The notes: generated by a model from the sequence alone, not told the origin. A stretch of 64,000 nucleotides of DNA from a virus (IMGVR_UViG_3300010163_000008:1-64000); one strand, 5' to 3'; counted from the first letter of the stretch, positions 50,738-61,900 are shown. Numbers and translations are program-made.

Positions 50738-50778
50738 TATGAGGTTGTGAACACACGATTAATCTCATCATTCATTAT

Positions 50779-51932
50779 CCAAAGTCTTACCTTTTGGCAA
50801 GTTGCTCACCTATCAGAACGCACTGTATATGGGCAACTCATCTAATCTTCCCCAAGCTGTTGGTGGAGGTGGTAAAAAGTATGCTAGTGTTGTGATAGGA
50901 ACTTCCACAGCTGGATGGAAAAAGGAAGATTGTGATTACCTTTGTGATGGAACAAACGACCAAGAAGAGTTTAATACTGCCATATCAACCTTTGATAAAA
51001 CGATTGGTGGCTCTATATTTGTACTGCCGGGGACTTATAATATAACTGCTAGGATAACTAACAGACCGGGTAATGAATGGGATAATGCACCTGTAGAAAT
51101 ATATGGGACTCCTCAGACTATATTAAAACGTTATTTTAATGACGTTAACCAGTATCAAGACAATGGACTTATAAGATTAACTACTGCTAGCATAACCTCA
51201 TATTGTAGTGTCCATGACTTATGTATAGATGGTAATAACGGCACTTACAATAGTGCCTATAATAGAGCCATAAACATATCATATAATGGGTGGGTATATA
51301 ATACTTATATATTTAATACTGCTAAGGGAATAAATGCAGGACAATATGGAGCAGTTTATGGTAATGTATTGGAAGATGTTACACAAGAAGGCATACAAGC
51401 TGGTCCATTAACCAGCGTTATAGGGAATACCTTTAATGCTAATGGCGCGAATGCATACGGTGCTGACAGTTTTGGCATTTATAGTCCAAGATTCGCAGTC
51501 GTAATAGGAAATACAATCAGTGCAGAATATAAAACAGGCATTCTTGTTGAGGATGCCGCGGTATGCATTGGTAATCATGTAGACAGGTTTGGTCAATATG
51601 GTATTAAAATTACTATTGCCAACAGTAGTCTTGTAGCAGGTAATATTGTAGATACTTGTGGCGAAACTGATAAAGAAGCTAATACATATCAGTGTTATAT
51701 AGATGGAACAAATACGACTTATAAAAACGATGGAAATCTAATTATTGGGAATGTTTTTAATCAAAGCAAAAGATATAATAGCGATACGGTTTCATATCCA
51801 AATAATGCATATTCTATTTATATAACATCTGGAGCTACTAACAATCTCATTGCGTGCAACAACATTTATGGTAAAAACTATACAAACCAGGGTGGCTCCA
51901 CTAATACCTTTTATAATAATAAATATAACTAA
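50779..51932 (+). other. silent tail-fibre cassette 8, long, beta-helix (pectate-lyase-like) depolymerase-type tip
   Basis: divergent junction (LPFGKLLTYQNALYMGNSSNLP), then repetitive G-N-x-h-x-x beta-helix-like coils (IGNTFNANGANAYGADSFGIYSPRFAVVIGNTISAEY ... IGNHVDRFGQYGIKITIANSSLVAGNIVD). Confidence 0.6.
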
Positions 51933-51944
51933 GGAGGTATAATA

Positions 51945-52316
51945 ATGCAATATCTTTTTAGAATGTATGGTAATGAAATACAGGTTATTCGATATATGAC
52001 AACCCATACAGAGATTGAATATATATATAATGAAGAAACACATATGCGTGAACCTCATGAATATGAAGCAAAATATTATTTTACCACATTAGAACAAGCT
52101 CAAAAGGACGGCGAGCCTATAAAACTCGACTATGAACCTTTTGAATGGCTCGATGGTATTTTAACAAAAGATACTGAAAATACCTATGCAGAAGCTATAA
52201 AAATTTATGAAATGGGTGAAGAAGCGTATAAAAAATCACTTTTACAAGAAAATGCTCAAACAAATGAGCAGTTGTATTCTGACGTATCTCAATGTATATT
52301 GAGTATGATTAGCTAA
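51945..52316 (+). CDS. putative tail-fibre assembly chaperone for cassette 8
   Basis: small acidic ORF immediately 3' of cassette 8 with aggagg RBS; arrangement mirrors Mu Sv-U. Confidence 0.35.
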   Translation: MQYLFRMYGNEIQVIRYMTTHTEIEYIYNEETHMREPHEYEAKYYFTTLEQAQKDGEPIKLDYEPFEWLDGILTKDTENTYAEAIKIYEMGEEAYKKSLLQENAQTNEQLYSDVSQCILSMIS

Positions 52317-52608
52317 TTTGAGATAATATGAGATTGTCTGTAACCGTTGGTTCGTAAACAAATGGTTCGGGAGGTGGAATAAGGTCAGGACGTGGAGTTA
52401 CTTTAGTGATGGTAACTCCATCTTCTGCAAATTCTACATCAAGATAAGGAGCATTATCTATAATATCACGTTCAAATTCTGGTGGTACTGGAACCCATTC
52501 TGTGGTAGTACCATCTTCTAGCGTTTCATTTTCATTCCAAACTGTTGGATATACACGATGGGATTGACTTTCAGCCCATTTATGATTCTTTTCAAAAATT
52601 GCACTCAT
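52309..52608 (-). CDS. putative tail-fibre assembly chaperone for cassette 9
   Basis: small ORF 3' of the - strand cassette, aaggaggg RBS before ATG at 52608; its stop overlaps the + strand chaperone stop in palindrome attagctaat. Confidence 0.3.
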   Translation of the reverse strand: MSAIFEKNHKWAESQSHRVYPTVWNENETLEDGTTTEWVPVPPEFERDIIDNAPYLDVEFAEDGVTITKVTPRPDLIPPPEPFVYEPTVTDNLILSQIS

Positions 52609-52669
52609 AATTATGCAAACCCTCCTTAAATTTATCATTATAATAATTATAAAAATACATGGCAAACTA

Positions 52670-53199
52670 TTAAGGTCTAAATGCTATATAATAATAAGAT
52701 TGTCCAGTTTTTACCAACTGTAACCCATTAAGATTAAATCCGCTAGAAGTAATCTTCTTAGATGAAGTCCCCACAGGGTCGCCAATTCCAACTGTTGCGC
52801 CGCGTGTAAGTATTAATGAGTTTCTACATGGCGAATCGTCCATCAAAGAAATAGCACCAATTAATACTAACACTGGTTGAAATCCTAATGATACATTAGC
52901 TTGACCACTGAATGTCCCAGTAACATATATATAATCAGATATATTACTAGAAGTTAGATATTCACTATGAGTATGATTAATAGACGCATAATTACTATGT
53001 GTATGAGAAGCAGTAGCGTATACTCCATTATGATTATGCGTAGTTAAAGCATAATTATTCAACTTAGTCGTCAAGGCAGAAGTCGTTACATAATTGCTTA
53101 AATCTACATTTGGGGCAACAGTAGTTGGTGTATTGCTGGAATTTCCGAAGTAGAGTTGATTATTGTAAATAATTAACTTGCCATACTGTAAAATATTAG
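52670..53199 (-). other. silent tail-fibre cassette 9 (- orientation)
   Basis: junction block on - strand (LQYGKLIIYNNQLYFGNSSNTP) begins directly after the stop of the expressed fibre gene; ends ...YYYIAFRP*. Confidence 0.6.
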
Positions 53200-53229
53200 T
53201 AAATGCAAGTCTGCAAGTATATTGCTTAT

Positions 53230-54129
53230 TTATTCGAATGCGGCGTACACCACAGAAATAGTTCCTCCACCTGTATAGCAACCTGATGCTAAATAGAAAC
53301 CATTGGTTCCTGTAGCAGCACTATACGAAGCAATATTACCGCCCATCATTAATGCTTCAGTACCATTTTTTGTTATGGTATTAATAGCGGCATTACCAGA
53401 TGAGTACGATTGAGCAATAACAAATGTTGGTGTGAAATCTAAACTGACCCATCTATTAGACGACAATTTGCTTAAGCTCAATGACCCTGTAGTAAAGTTT
53501 TTACTGCTACCGCCTATAGCTTTACCATTAATGGTGACATCACCGCTACTCTTTAGATTTATGCCACCAGAGGCATAGATTTCAAGATGGTCGTCAGAAC
53601 TTTCAGTAAAATGTACTCTATCACCATCACCTATCTTAATAACAGAGAAGGATGATGTAGATGTAGTACCGAGTCTAATATCAGCATTGTTTAGATGTAC
53701 TGCTCCATTGACCGTCAGAGCACCTGTAATCGTTCCTCCGCTGGTGGGTAGTGCCCCTATATTACTACAGGCACTAGACGCGCTTGTAGCCCCTGTACCG
53801 CCTCTAGCAAGGGATAATGTACCGCTGGTGATATCAGAAGCGGAATGAGTATGAGACGGAACAGTAGTAGGGGTGACAGTTGTAGGCACATTTGAAGAAT
53901 TGCCAAAATATAATTGATTGTTCCATATTATGAGTTTGCCATGTTGTAAGGTTGTTGGCAAGGCTGCTGCTGTGCAAGTTTCGGGTAGCTTGGCTTGCAA
54001 AATCGTTTGCAAATTGTTCATTTTTCCGTTGAGGTCGCTTGCAACTTGGGCGCTTGATTCGCCATTCACAATGTCTAATTTATAAGTGCCGCCACTAGTA
54101 ATATCAATGCTAGTTGTAAAAGCTGCCAT
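53230..54129 (-). CDS. expressed tail fibre gene: constant N-terminal part + currently fused variable tip
   Basis: ATG 54127-54129 with RBS; constant region then TLQHGKLIIWNNQLYFGNSSNVP junction (about 53900-53962) identical in pattern to all cassettes; ends ...VVYAAFE*. Confidence 0.7.
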   Translation of the reverse strand: MAAFTTSIDITSGGTYKLDIVNGESSAQVASDLNGKMNNLQTILQAKLPETCTAAALPTTLQHGKLIIWNNQLYFGNSSNVPTTVTPTTVPSHTHSASDITSGTLSLARGGTGATSASSACSNIGALPTSGGTITGALTVNGAVHLNNADIRLGTTSTSSFSVIKIGDGDRVHFTESSDDHLEIYASGGINLKSSGDVTINGKAIGGSSKNFTTGSLSLSKLSSNRWVSLDFTPTFVIAQSYSSGNAAINTITKNGTEALMMGGNIASYSAATGTNGFYLASGCYTGGGTISVVYAAFE

Positions 54130-54212
54130 TAGAACATCAATCCTTTCTTAGAAAATTAATGGAGCCATACATAATATAGCATGGCTCATCGTATATATTC
54201 AATATTAACATT

Positions 54213-55046
54213 TTAAGCACGTAACATTTGGTCATGTTCTGCCAACAAATCTATAATTGACTTTGAGAATGAAGCACCACCAAATACCTTAGTGCCCTTC
54301 GCAAGTTGAGGTTGTACAACATCGTACAATTCTTGTACATCTAACTCTAGTACGGTTAAATCAGGTAGACTATCTAATACATCAGACAATTGTGATATTT
54401 GACTTTCCAAACTACTCAATCTTGATTTAATACTATTTAATTGAGATGTGACAGAAGAGTCGATAGTATTTTGTAATTCATTCATAGAATTATTTGTTTC
54501 GGTGCGTAAATTACTTATCGCTGTTGTGTTCCCTTCTATCTTTGTATTTAGTTCGGTAATATCGCCATCTATGCGGTCTACGTTTCTTAGTACCTCTTGC
54601 CTTAGTTCGTTTAATTCAGAGTTAAGACCTGTCATGAAAACATTTGGGAAACCCATAACTGCTATAACAAATCCTCCGGTTGGACTAATACCACCTGTTG
54701 TTAAAATAAGTACTCCTTGCCCAACTACAGGATTATATCCAGAATAGTTAGGGAATGTCATTACTTTTGAAGTGTTACATACAACCTGCATGATTTTCCC
54801 GTTACTATCTACTTTGGTAGCTTCTACATCTTGTGGGAATACTGCTTTTACTGCATTGTTTTCAGTGTGCCCATAACATACCATAGTATAAATACGAGGA
54901 AGATTAATACAGTTGTCTATTTTTTTTTGCGCAATATCTTGTATTAAATTATGTAATGCAACTAGTTCACTAGCTCTTTGGTCTGCTATAGGCACATCGG
55001 GCTGTTGCATTAAATTATCATACGCTACTGTTCTTTGTTCTGGCAT
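54213..55046 (-). CDS. tail/baseplate-associated structural protein with coiled coil
   Basis: position between tail genes and fibre gene; C-terminal heptad region. Confidence 0.3.
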   Translation of the reverse strand: MPEQRTVAYDNLMQQPDVPIADQRASELVALHNLIQDIAQKKIDNCINLPRIYTMVCYGHTENNAVKAVFPQDVEATKVDSNGKIMQVVCNTSKVMTFPNYSGYNPVVGQGVLILTTGGISPTGGFVIAVMGFPNVFMTGLNSELNELRQEVLRNVDRIDGDITELNTKIEGNTTAISNLRTETNNSMNELQNTIDSSVTSQLNSIKSRLSSLESQISQLSDVLDSLPDLTVLELDVQELYDVVQPQLAKGTKVFGGASFSKSIIDLLAEHDQMLRA

Positions 55047-55058
55047 TAATATCCCTCC

Positions 55059-56276
55059 TTACGTACTGCTTGTAGAACCTTCACGAAGTTCATAGTATGG
55101 TAAATCACTAACATTACTTGCCGTAATCGACATGGTACTTGAAGCGTCTAATGGTAAAGTAATAGATTGTATGATAAATCTCTCTCTCGTATAACCAAAA
55201 TATTCATCTTCAATAGTTATGATTTTATTTACATCTAAATGAGGCAGTAATGAACACTCAAACGTAATCGCAGATTGTAATATAGACTTCTGATTAAGCA
55301 AATATTCTGCATAGTCTTTAGCATTTTCTTCTGAACCTAGATTTGAAGATTCTTCATAATATGCCTTTCTTCCTATATTCTCTATTGATGTAGATGAAAT
55401 AGGATTATGATTTTCTGCTGTATAGCTATAGATATCAGTATCATTTGAATTACTGCTACTCACTGTAACACAATTAATTACTTCTGCTGGGGATAATGTA
55501 AGTACAGGATTTATATATTCAGCAGTCTTGTCTGTAAAATCCCACAATGAATCTTGTGTAGAATAAGATAAGTCTAAAGTACCATTGTCGTATCGTAAAT
55601 GACCATCAGTATCATAATAAGTGTCCGCGCCCATAATGTTTCCTACTTCTATAAAAATTTCAGAAGCATAAGTGCTAGGAGATTTATCAATCTCATATGG
55701 ACATTTCCATGAGAGTAATTCATTATCTACAATAGGTGTAGACCTATCCATTATATTAGCATTTCCCATATCAGCCCATAATGTTTGTTCAATAATCTCC
55801 ACTATAGATGTGCCTTCTGGTATGACATGGGTATAACTATATTGGTTGTACCCTGTCTCTGCACCTAAAAATCCGTATTTGTCTACACCATTAAGCGTTA
55901 CTGTCTTTTGTGTTCTATCTATACTAGGGTCAAGCATACAAAATACACCTTGTGAAAACCAATATACATCATCGGTATATATATCCTTTAACCCTACAAA
56001 TAACTTAAATCTCCTATTTATCCATATTAAACCATCTATCTTAGGAATGAATATACCATCATTATCTATAAGAGTAAAAGTACAAGTGCGTCTAACTCCT
56101 TGCTGATAGTTGATAGATATCGAACCAGCATTATCAGCAGTAATATAGTCGGTAATATCTAATATTACATTTTCATAATGGTCTAATAATTCTATACGAT
56201 ACATAGGATAAATCTCAGGTCTTGACGCAATTTCTCTATATTTAGAGTCTGCTACATTCATGTATTCAACAGCCAA
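55059..56276 (-). CDS. phage tail/baseplate structural protein
   Basis: position downstream of tape measure and large tail protein. Confidence 0.3.
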   Translation of the reverse strand: MAVEYMNVADSKYREIASRPEIYPMYRIELLDHYENVILDITDYITADNAGSISINYQQGVRRTCTFTLIDNDGIFIPKIDGLIWINRRFKLFVGLKDIYTDDVYWFSQGVFCMLDPSIDRTQKTVTLNGVDKYGFLGAETGYNQYSYTHVIPEGTSIVEIIEQTLWADMGNANIMDRSTPIVDNELLSWKCPYEIDKSPSTYASEIFIEVGNIMGADTYYDTDGHLRYDNGTLDLSYSTQDSLWDFTDKTAEYINPVLTLSPAEVINCVTVSSSNSNDTDIYSYTAENHNPISSTSIENIGRKAYYEESSNLGSEENAKDYAEYLLNQKSILQSAITFECSLLPHLDVNKIITIEDEYFGYTRERFIIQSITLPLDASSTMSITASNVSDLPYYELREGSTSST

Positions 56277-56290
56277 AACCTATCACCCCT

Positions 56291-58927
56291 TTACTCCTTT
56301 AAATACACAGCACAATTATCTACAGAACCGACTTCCGTAAATGTAAACTCGATAGTAGTAGGTGATGTTTGTGAAAATATTTCAATTGTTGCATTGTTAC
56401 TATCAATCTGTGCTCTCCATATGTGTCCTTTAATATCACGAATAACTACTTCTTTACCACTAGCCACTAATTTATTCCATTCAATTAACTTATCGGCAGG
56501 TTCCCAATATATATCAGAATTAATTCTGTATGGTGAGTACACAGGGAACCTATCTATAATAGCCTGTCTATTATAGATATCATTGTTTGACATATTAGCT
56601 AAATAAGCAGTAAGCCCACCAGTAATATAATTACGCTTTTGTATAGTAAATCGCGGATATTGCGCAACACTTTCTAATTTATTCTTTAATATATTCTGTG
56701 TCAAATCTTGCCCTTCTGCATTAAGACCAAATTTCCATATACTCCCCTTATCTACATAATAAATATCTTTTTCATTAGGGTCTGGTTCATAAGTGGCGAT
56801 TGTCCATTCATCAAACCTAACCATAAGTTCTTTAGTCTCTATTGAAACACCATATTCTTGCGTAGATATAGGTATAATCTCCCATTTGTAGATATTGTCA
56901 TTTGTGACCATAAAGTCTTCAATATATTTAACACCTAAGTCTATAATACCAACTCTGTGTTTAATTCCTTCCCCAATCTTTTCTCGATAAACAAGATAGC
57001 CATTCAGGTCTTCTGCAACACCTTCTAAGTTCGTAGATAAAAGTGACCCATTAGTAAATGGTGTAAATATTCTAGTATTTGGAAATGATTTATATTTAGG
57101 CACAAAGTTATCATCGTGTAACCATTCAAGTATCTTTTCTTCTTTAACTTCATCTTCCACTAATATGTTGTAATCGTAAAATACATCAGCGTACAGTCTT
57201 AAACAATGATACGCAGCGTCTCCTATATCTACATCAATAATAGGATAATCCTTTTTAGCACCCACTGCATATAGATACGCCTTCTTAGGTGTTAATGCCA
57301 ATTTAAATGTGTCACCCAAATTGCCACTATCATTCATTATAAAGAATTGTTCTTCTGTATTAAATGTATCAAGATATACTCCGGGGTCATTACTATCAGC
57401 TTCCCATATCCAACCTTTCTCCGGGTCATTAACGTAATTCATTGTGCCGGGCCACACATATTCATATAAATCAAAATCATCAGGATTGCGCGTAGGTTGA
57501 AAACATGGTTTTTCACCTTGTTTAGTACAAAAATATTTATATTTTACTATATCATAACCATCTTTAATTAAGTGTAACATAAAATCTTTTATGCCTGTAG
57601 GTTTACTCTCTGCGTCTGTTTCTGCGTCAACAGATACATAATAAGCGTCTCTAAGTATATCATTAACAGGGTCAAACAGCAATGATATAATAGGGCCTAC
57701 TTTTTCAACACTCATATAAAATTTAGAAAATAAAGTAAACTTATTTAAATTAAGGTCTGCTTTAACAAACTTAGTATAATCTATAGTGCCTTTCTTAATA
57801 TGAAGTATACCTTTGTCTGTACCTAAAAATTCATATTCACAATCAGGGCTTAATGTAGGACGTGAAAACTCAATATCTTGCACGTCTATTCTTGCAGCAT
57901 TATGGTCTGGGTTCCATGATAGCGAAACAATATCATCACCCATTAATGGTCTATCATAATATACTTTAAAAGCTAAACCATCGTCATTTCCAGCGTTTTG
58001 TCCTTCTTGTGTTACTACATTTAAGTATAATTCATATTTCTCATTAGCTACAAAACCGTCAAAATGAAACTCAAGCCTAGAATTATATGTATTATCAGTT
58101 TGTGTAATTAATTCCCTTTCTCTTCCTAAAATACGATATAATTGCCAATAATGATACTTGATAGGTACACCTTCGTGTTGTTCATACATTCCTACAAAGT
58201 CTGCTAATCTATATCGTAATCTACCCTCTGAATCTAAATCTGTTTCTTCGTTTTTAAATCTTACAGCAACTTGAGGTGTAGTTCTAGCTCTAAAATAGAA
58301 TCCATTGATTGTAGCTGAACCAGCAGTATATATAGAATAAGGTTGTCCTTCTTGTGGAATAGAGTTAAATGAATCTTCTACAATAACCTTCATTTCCGTA
58401 TCGTCACGTTCTACATCTTGAGTAGTACCACCATTGACTTTACAAATAGATATTATACGTCTTTTATCATTACCTATAATTAAATAACATTCTGTGTTGT
58501 TATTAAACCACAAGTGCATATCATTTTGTAGAATAATCTCTGTGTTGGTATTTGTTTTTTGTACTCTGCCTGATTTAACAAACATAGTAGGCTCGTCTTC
58601 GTATTGTACGACCTTCCACAAATATTCAGTGCCATTCTTAAGTGATTTACTCGCACGTTTATTTGGCTTCGCTAATTCTTCATCCCATGCAATCCTAACC
58701 ATATCGTCACCGTAGACTATTTTAGGATTACCGTCAGTATCTTGGAAGGTATATGGTAATTCAATCGCACCAGCGTCCATATCATTTATGTCCCATATAA
58801 ATATATTACAATGTGTCATATAGTTTCCATGAAATTGCCATTCAAAATATAATGGGTGTCTATCATCTGCATTTATAACATCTACAGTAGTATTGTTTGG
58901 ATAAGCATTTATTGGCTGATATATCAC
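56291..58927 (-). CDS. large tail tip / distal tail protein (878 aa)
   Basis: immediately downstream of tape-measure gene, size class of Tal/hub proteins. Confidence 0.35.
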   Translation of the reverse strand: MIYQPINAYPNNTTVDVINADDRHPLYFEWQFHGNYMTHCNIFIWDINDMDAGAIELPYTFQDTDGNPKIVYGDDMVRIAWDEELAKPNKRASKSLKNGTEYLWKVVQYEDEPTMFVKSGRVQKTNTNTEIILQNDMHLWFNNNTECYLIIGNDKRRIISICKVNGGTTQDVERDDTEMKVIVEDSFNSIPQEGQPYSIYTAGSATINGFYFRARTTPQVAVRFKNEETDLDSEGRLRYRLADFVGMYEQHEGVPIKYHYWQLYRILGRERELITQTDNTYNSRLEFHFDGFVANEKYELYLNVVTQEGQNAGNDDGLAFKVYYDRPLMGDDIVSLSWNPDHNAARIDVQDIEFSRPTLSPDCEYEFLGTDKGILHIKKGTIDYTKFVKADLNLNKFTLFSKFYMSVEKVGPIISLLFDPVNDILRDAYYVSVDAETDAESKPTGIKDFMLHLIKDGYDIVKYKYFCTKQGEKPCFQPTRNPDDFDLYEYVWPGTMNYVNDPEKGWIWEADSNDPGVYLDTFNTEEQFFIMNDSGNLGDTFKLALTPKKAYLYAVGAKKDYPIIDVDIGDAAYHCLRLYADVFYDYNILVEDEVKEEKILEWLHDDNFVPKYKSFPNTRIFTPFTNGSLLSTNLEGVAEDLNGYLVYREKIGEGIKHRVGIIDLGVKYIEDFMVTNDNIYKWEIIPISTQEYGVSIETKELMVRFDEWTIATYEPDPNEKDIYYVDKGSIWKFGLNAEGQDLTQNILKNKLESVAQYPRFTIQKRNYITGGLTAYLANMSNNDIYNRQAIIDRFPVYSPYRINSDIYWEPADKLIEWNKLVASGKEVVIRDIKGHIWRAQIDSNNATIEIFSQTSPTTIEFTFTEVGSVDNCAVYLKE

Positions 58928-58971
58928 TAACCAACACCTCCTTTATAATAAAGAAGGAGTAGTCATAAAGA

Positions 58972-61900
58972 CTACCCCTTTCTATTAAGTGATACAGTCT
59001 TAAGTCTACGTACAAAATCATTAGGTTGTTGTACGGATGGTAGATTAACAGTAGATATGTTAATAACAGTACCTTCGTCATGAACCTTGTTATCCATACC
59101 TCTAATTACGCCATTCATTTTATTATAAAGTGCATTTGTATTTTCTGCTAAAGCATAGTCTGGATTATACGTGTGAATCATACTCCACAATTTCTTTGCG
59201 TCTTCTGCATTAAATACGACCTCTGAATGACGGTCGGAACCGTGAACCTCCGCGTCACCTGTATAATCTACAACACCGCCATTAGCATATTTAGATTTAG
59301 GAACGCTGTAGGTTGAACCGTCAGAACGTGTTATAATTGTATAACCACTTGAGCCATATGTTTGATTACGATTAGCAGTTAAACTACTACTTGAGCTACT
59401 AGTTGTCTTACTAGAACTGCTACTTGAGCTACTGGTCTTTTTACTAGAACTACCACTAAGAAACGACCCTATAGCACCGACTAAGCCACCTACTACTGTA
59501 CCAATAGCACTACCACCAGTTACAGCAGAGCCTACTTTAGCTCCTGTAGATATAGCAGAACTACTACTAGATTTCTTAGAGCTACTAGAGCTACTACTAG
59601 TCTTTGAGCTAGATGAGCTAGATGAAGAAGATGAACTGGTTCTACCATAGTACCAGTCACTTGTGTCTGAACCGGGAGGGGCATAACTAGCCCTATTATC
59701 CCATTTTTCACTTTGATAAGTCCCGTCACTATTTACACCTGTAATTACATATGAACCGCCATGGGTTGTAACTATATCTCCTTTATGTAATCCGGGTTGC
59801 GCATGACCATTTGATTGAACTTGTACTACTCTATGTGGGCCAGTATATTTATCAGAACTATTAGAATTATTGTTGGAAGATGTAGAAGTTGCAGGTTTAC
59901 CATAAGTACCAGTATTATAATTATAATTCTTACCAGTCTCATAGTCACTTTTTGCCATTTCTTGTGCCTTCTTGACCATTTCAACGGCTCTGTTAGCTTG
60001 TGCTTCTACATTGTCTAATGCACGAGTAAGAGCTTCTTCCCAAGCATCAATATTAGTTAATTCAATTTCTTTTATAGACTCCGCTGTAGATACATAACTA
60101 TCTCTAAGCTGTCCTAGATATCCTGTTGCATTTTGTATGGTAAGGTTGAGATTATCTTCCATGTCTTTATGGATGATAGCTTGTACCTCTTTAGCATATG
60201 TAGTATCAGCGGCTAGTTGCCCATAAGCCTTTTTGCCTTCTGTTACACCTAGCCATGCAGCAGCATTCATTCTATTAATATGGTCTTCATATTGTTTAGA
60301 TACTTGACTTAATTTTTGAATATAGTCATTATATGATTCTATTTTTTTATTGTTAGCTTCAATTTCTTTTTTCCAAGCATCAATTTGCTGTTGTTTGTAG
60401 AAGTCCTCAAGCGCTTTCTTAGCATCTTCATATGCTTCCTTCGAATCATCAAGTGCGTCATTAGCATCTTCTATAGCTTCTTTATCAGCTTCCCATACCC
60501 AACCACGTTCGGCATAAAAGACACGTTTAACTTTATTCTTTTTAGTTTTCTCTAGTGCTTCTTTCTTTTTCTCTAAATCTAAAGTTGCTTCTTCAAGTTT
60601 CTTCTTTAATTCTTGCTCCTTGAGCATTTCATCTTCTTTGTCCATTTCTTCTTCAAGCAAATCTATCTTTTCTTGTATTAAATCATTTTGTTCTTCTAAA
60701 TCATCAATCATGTCTTGCGTAAAGCTCTGTAATCCTGCAATGATGCTTTCTTGATGAGTTTGAATTGCCTGTTGCTCTTCAAGAGCGGCTTGTTTCATTT
60801 TCTCTGCTTCTTGTCGTATAGTATTGGCTATACTCCTTGCTTGGTCTTCGAGTTGTTGAATCCTATCTTTATTAGCATCTGCGTTTTCTGCTGCTAATCT
60901 ATCAATCTCGTACATAATACTAATATATTGTGTTTTATATGCTGTTAGTATCTTTCTCTCTGTCTCTAATCTCTCTTTATTTGTTGCATTAACGCGCTTC
61001 ACATAATCATCAAGAGTTTCGCCTAATCCACCTTGCTCAAGCTCAATCCTGTCATATTTGTCATTAAGCTCATCTATCGAACGAGAGATTTCATTCATTT
61101 GATTGTCAAAAGCCTGATTATATAAATCTTCTATTTGGTCGGCATAACCCCAAATCTCTTCTGCCAACTCCATCATTTCATCACTAGTTTCAGTAAACCC
61201 TTGTTTACGTAAATATTGTGCTTTAGCCTCAGCTAGATTTTGCATAGCCATTAACTCAAGTATTTGAGTGCCTTCTGATTTTCCTTCACGTTCTGCTTCA
61301 GTTATTGTATGTTGGTGACGCTTTAATTGGTTTTGATACATTTTCTCATAGAGAGCTTCCATTGCTTCTAAGTTACTAACCTGCTCGTCCATAAGACTTT
61401 GTATTTGCTCACTTTCTTCTGTATATCCACGTCTTTTCAGTGCCATTATACGATTGTTTACTTCTTCTTGCATTTCAGCGTACCTTTGTAATTGTGCTTG
61501 TTCCGTACCTGACTTAGTTGCAAGCATATCTATTTCATGCTGTCTGTCAGTCATGAAGTTGTCATGAATAGAAGCCTCTATATCGCGTTGTTGTTCTTCA
61601 TAATCCCACCAGTCATTTTGTAACTGACGAATAGCTTCACTTTCATCAGAATATCCTTCAGCACGTAATTCTTCGGCACGTTGATGAGCTTTTTGTTTCA
61701 TTTCTTCTAATATCGCCATTTGACGATATTCTGTATTTTCATGATGAGATATTTGGTCAATTTCATGCTGTTTATTATCTATATAGAAATCATATAATTC
61801 TTCTTTTATATCTAAGATATCAGCTTGGTCGTCCCACCATTTATCAGAATCTTCCATGGATTTTTCAGTATCTTTGCCGTTGTTCCCTGCTCTCTGTTTT

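Noticed and set aside
45790-54129. Diversity-generating retroelement (DGR) as the explanation for repeated tail-fibre tips
   Set aside because: No reverse transcriptase ORF anywhere in the window, and no template/variable repeat pair with adenine-specific differences. The repeats are whole alternative cassettes bounded by a conserved junction block, and a serine invertase is present.
59380-59640. Tandem DNA repeat / CRISPR-like array
   Set aside because: Periodicity is codon-level poly-Ser coding. There are no unique spacers or direct repeats of CRISPR length anywhere in the window.
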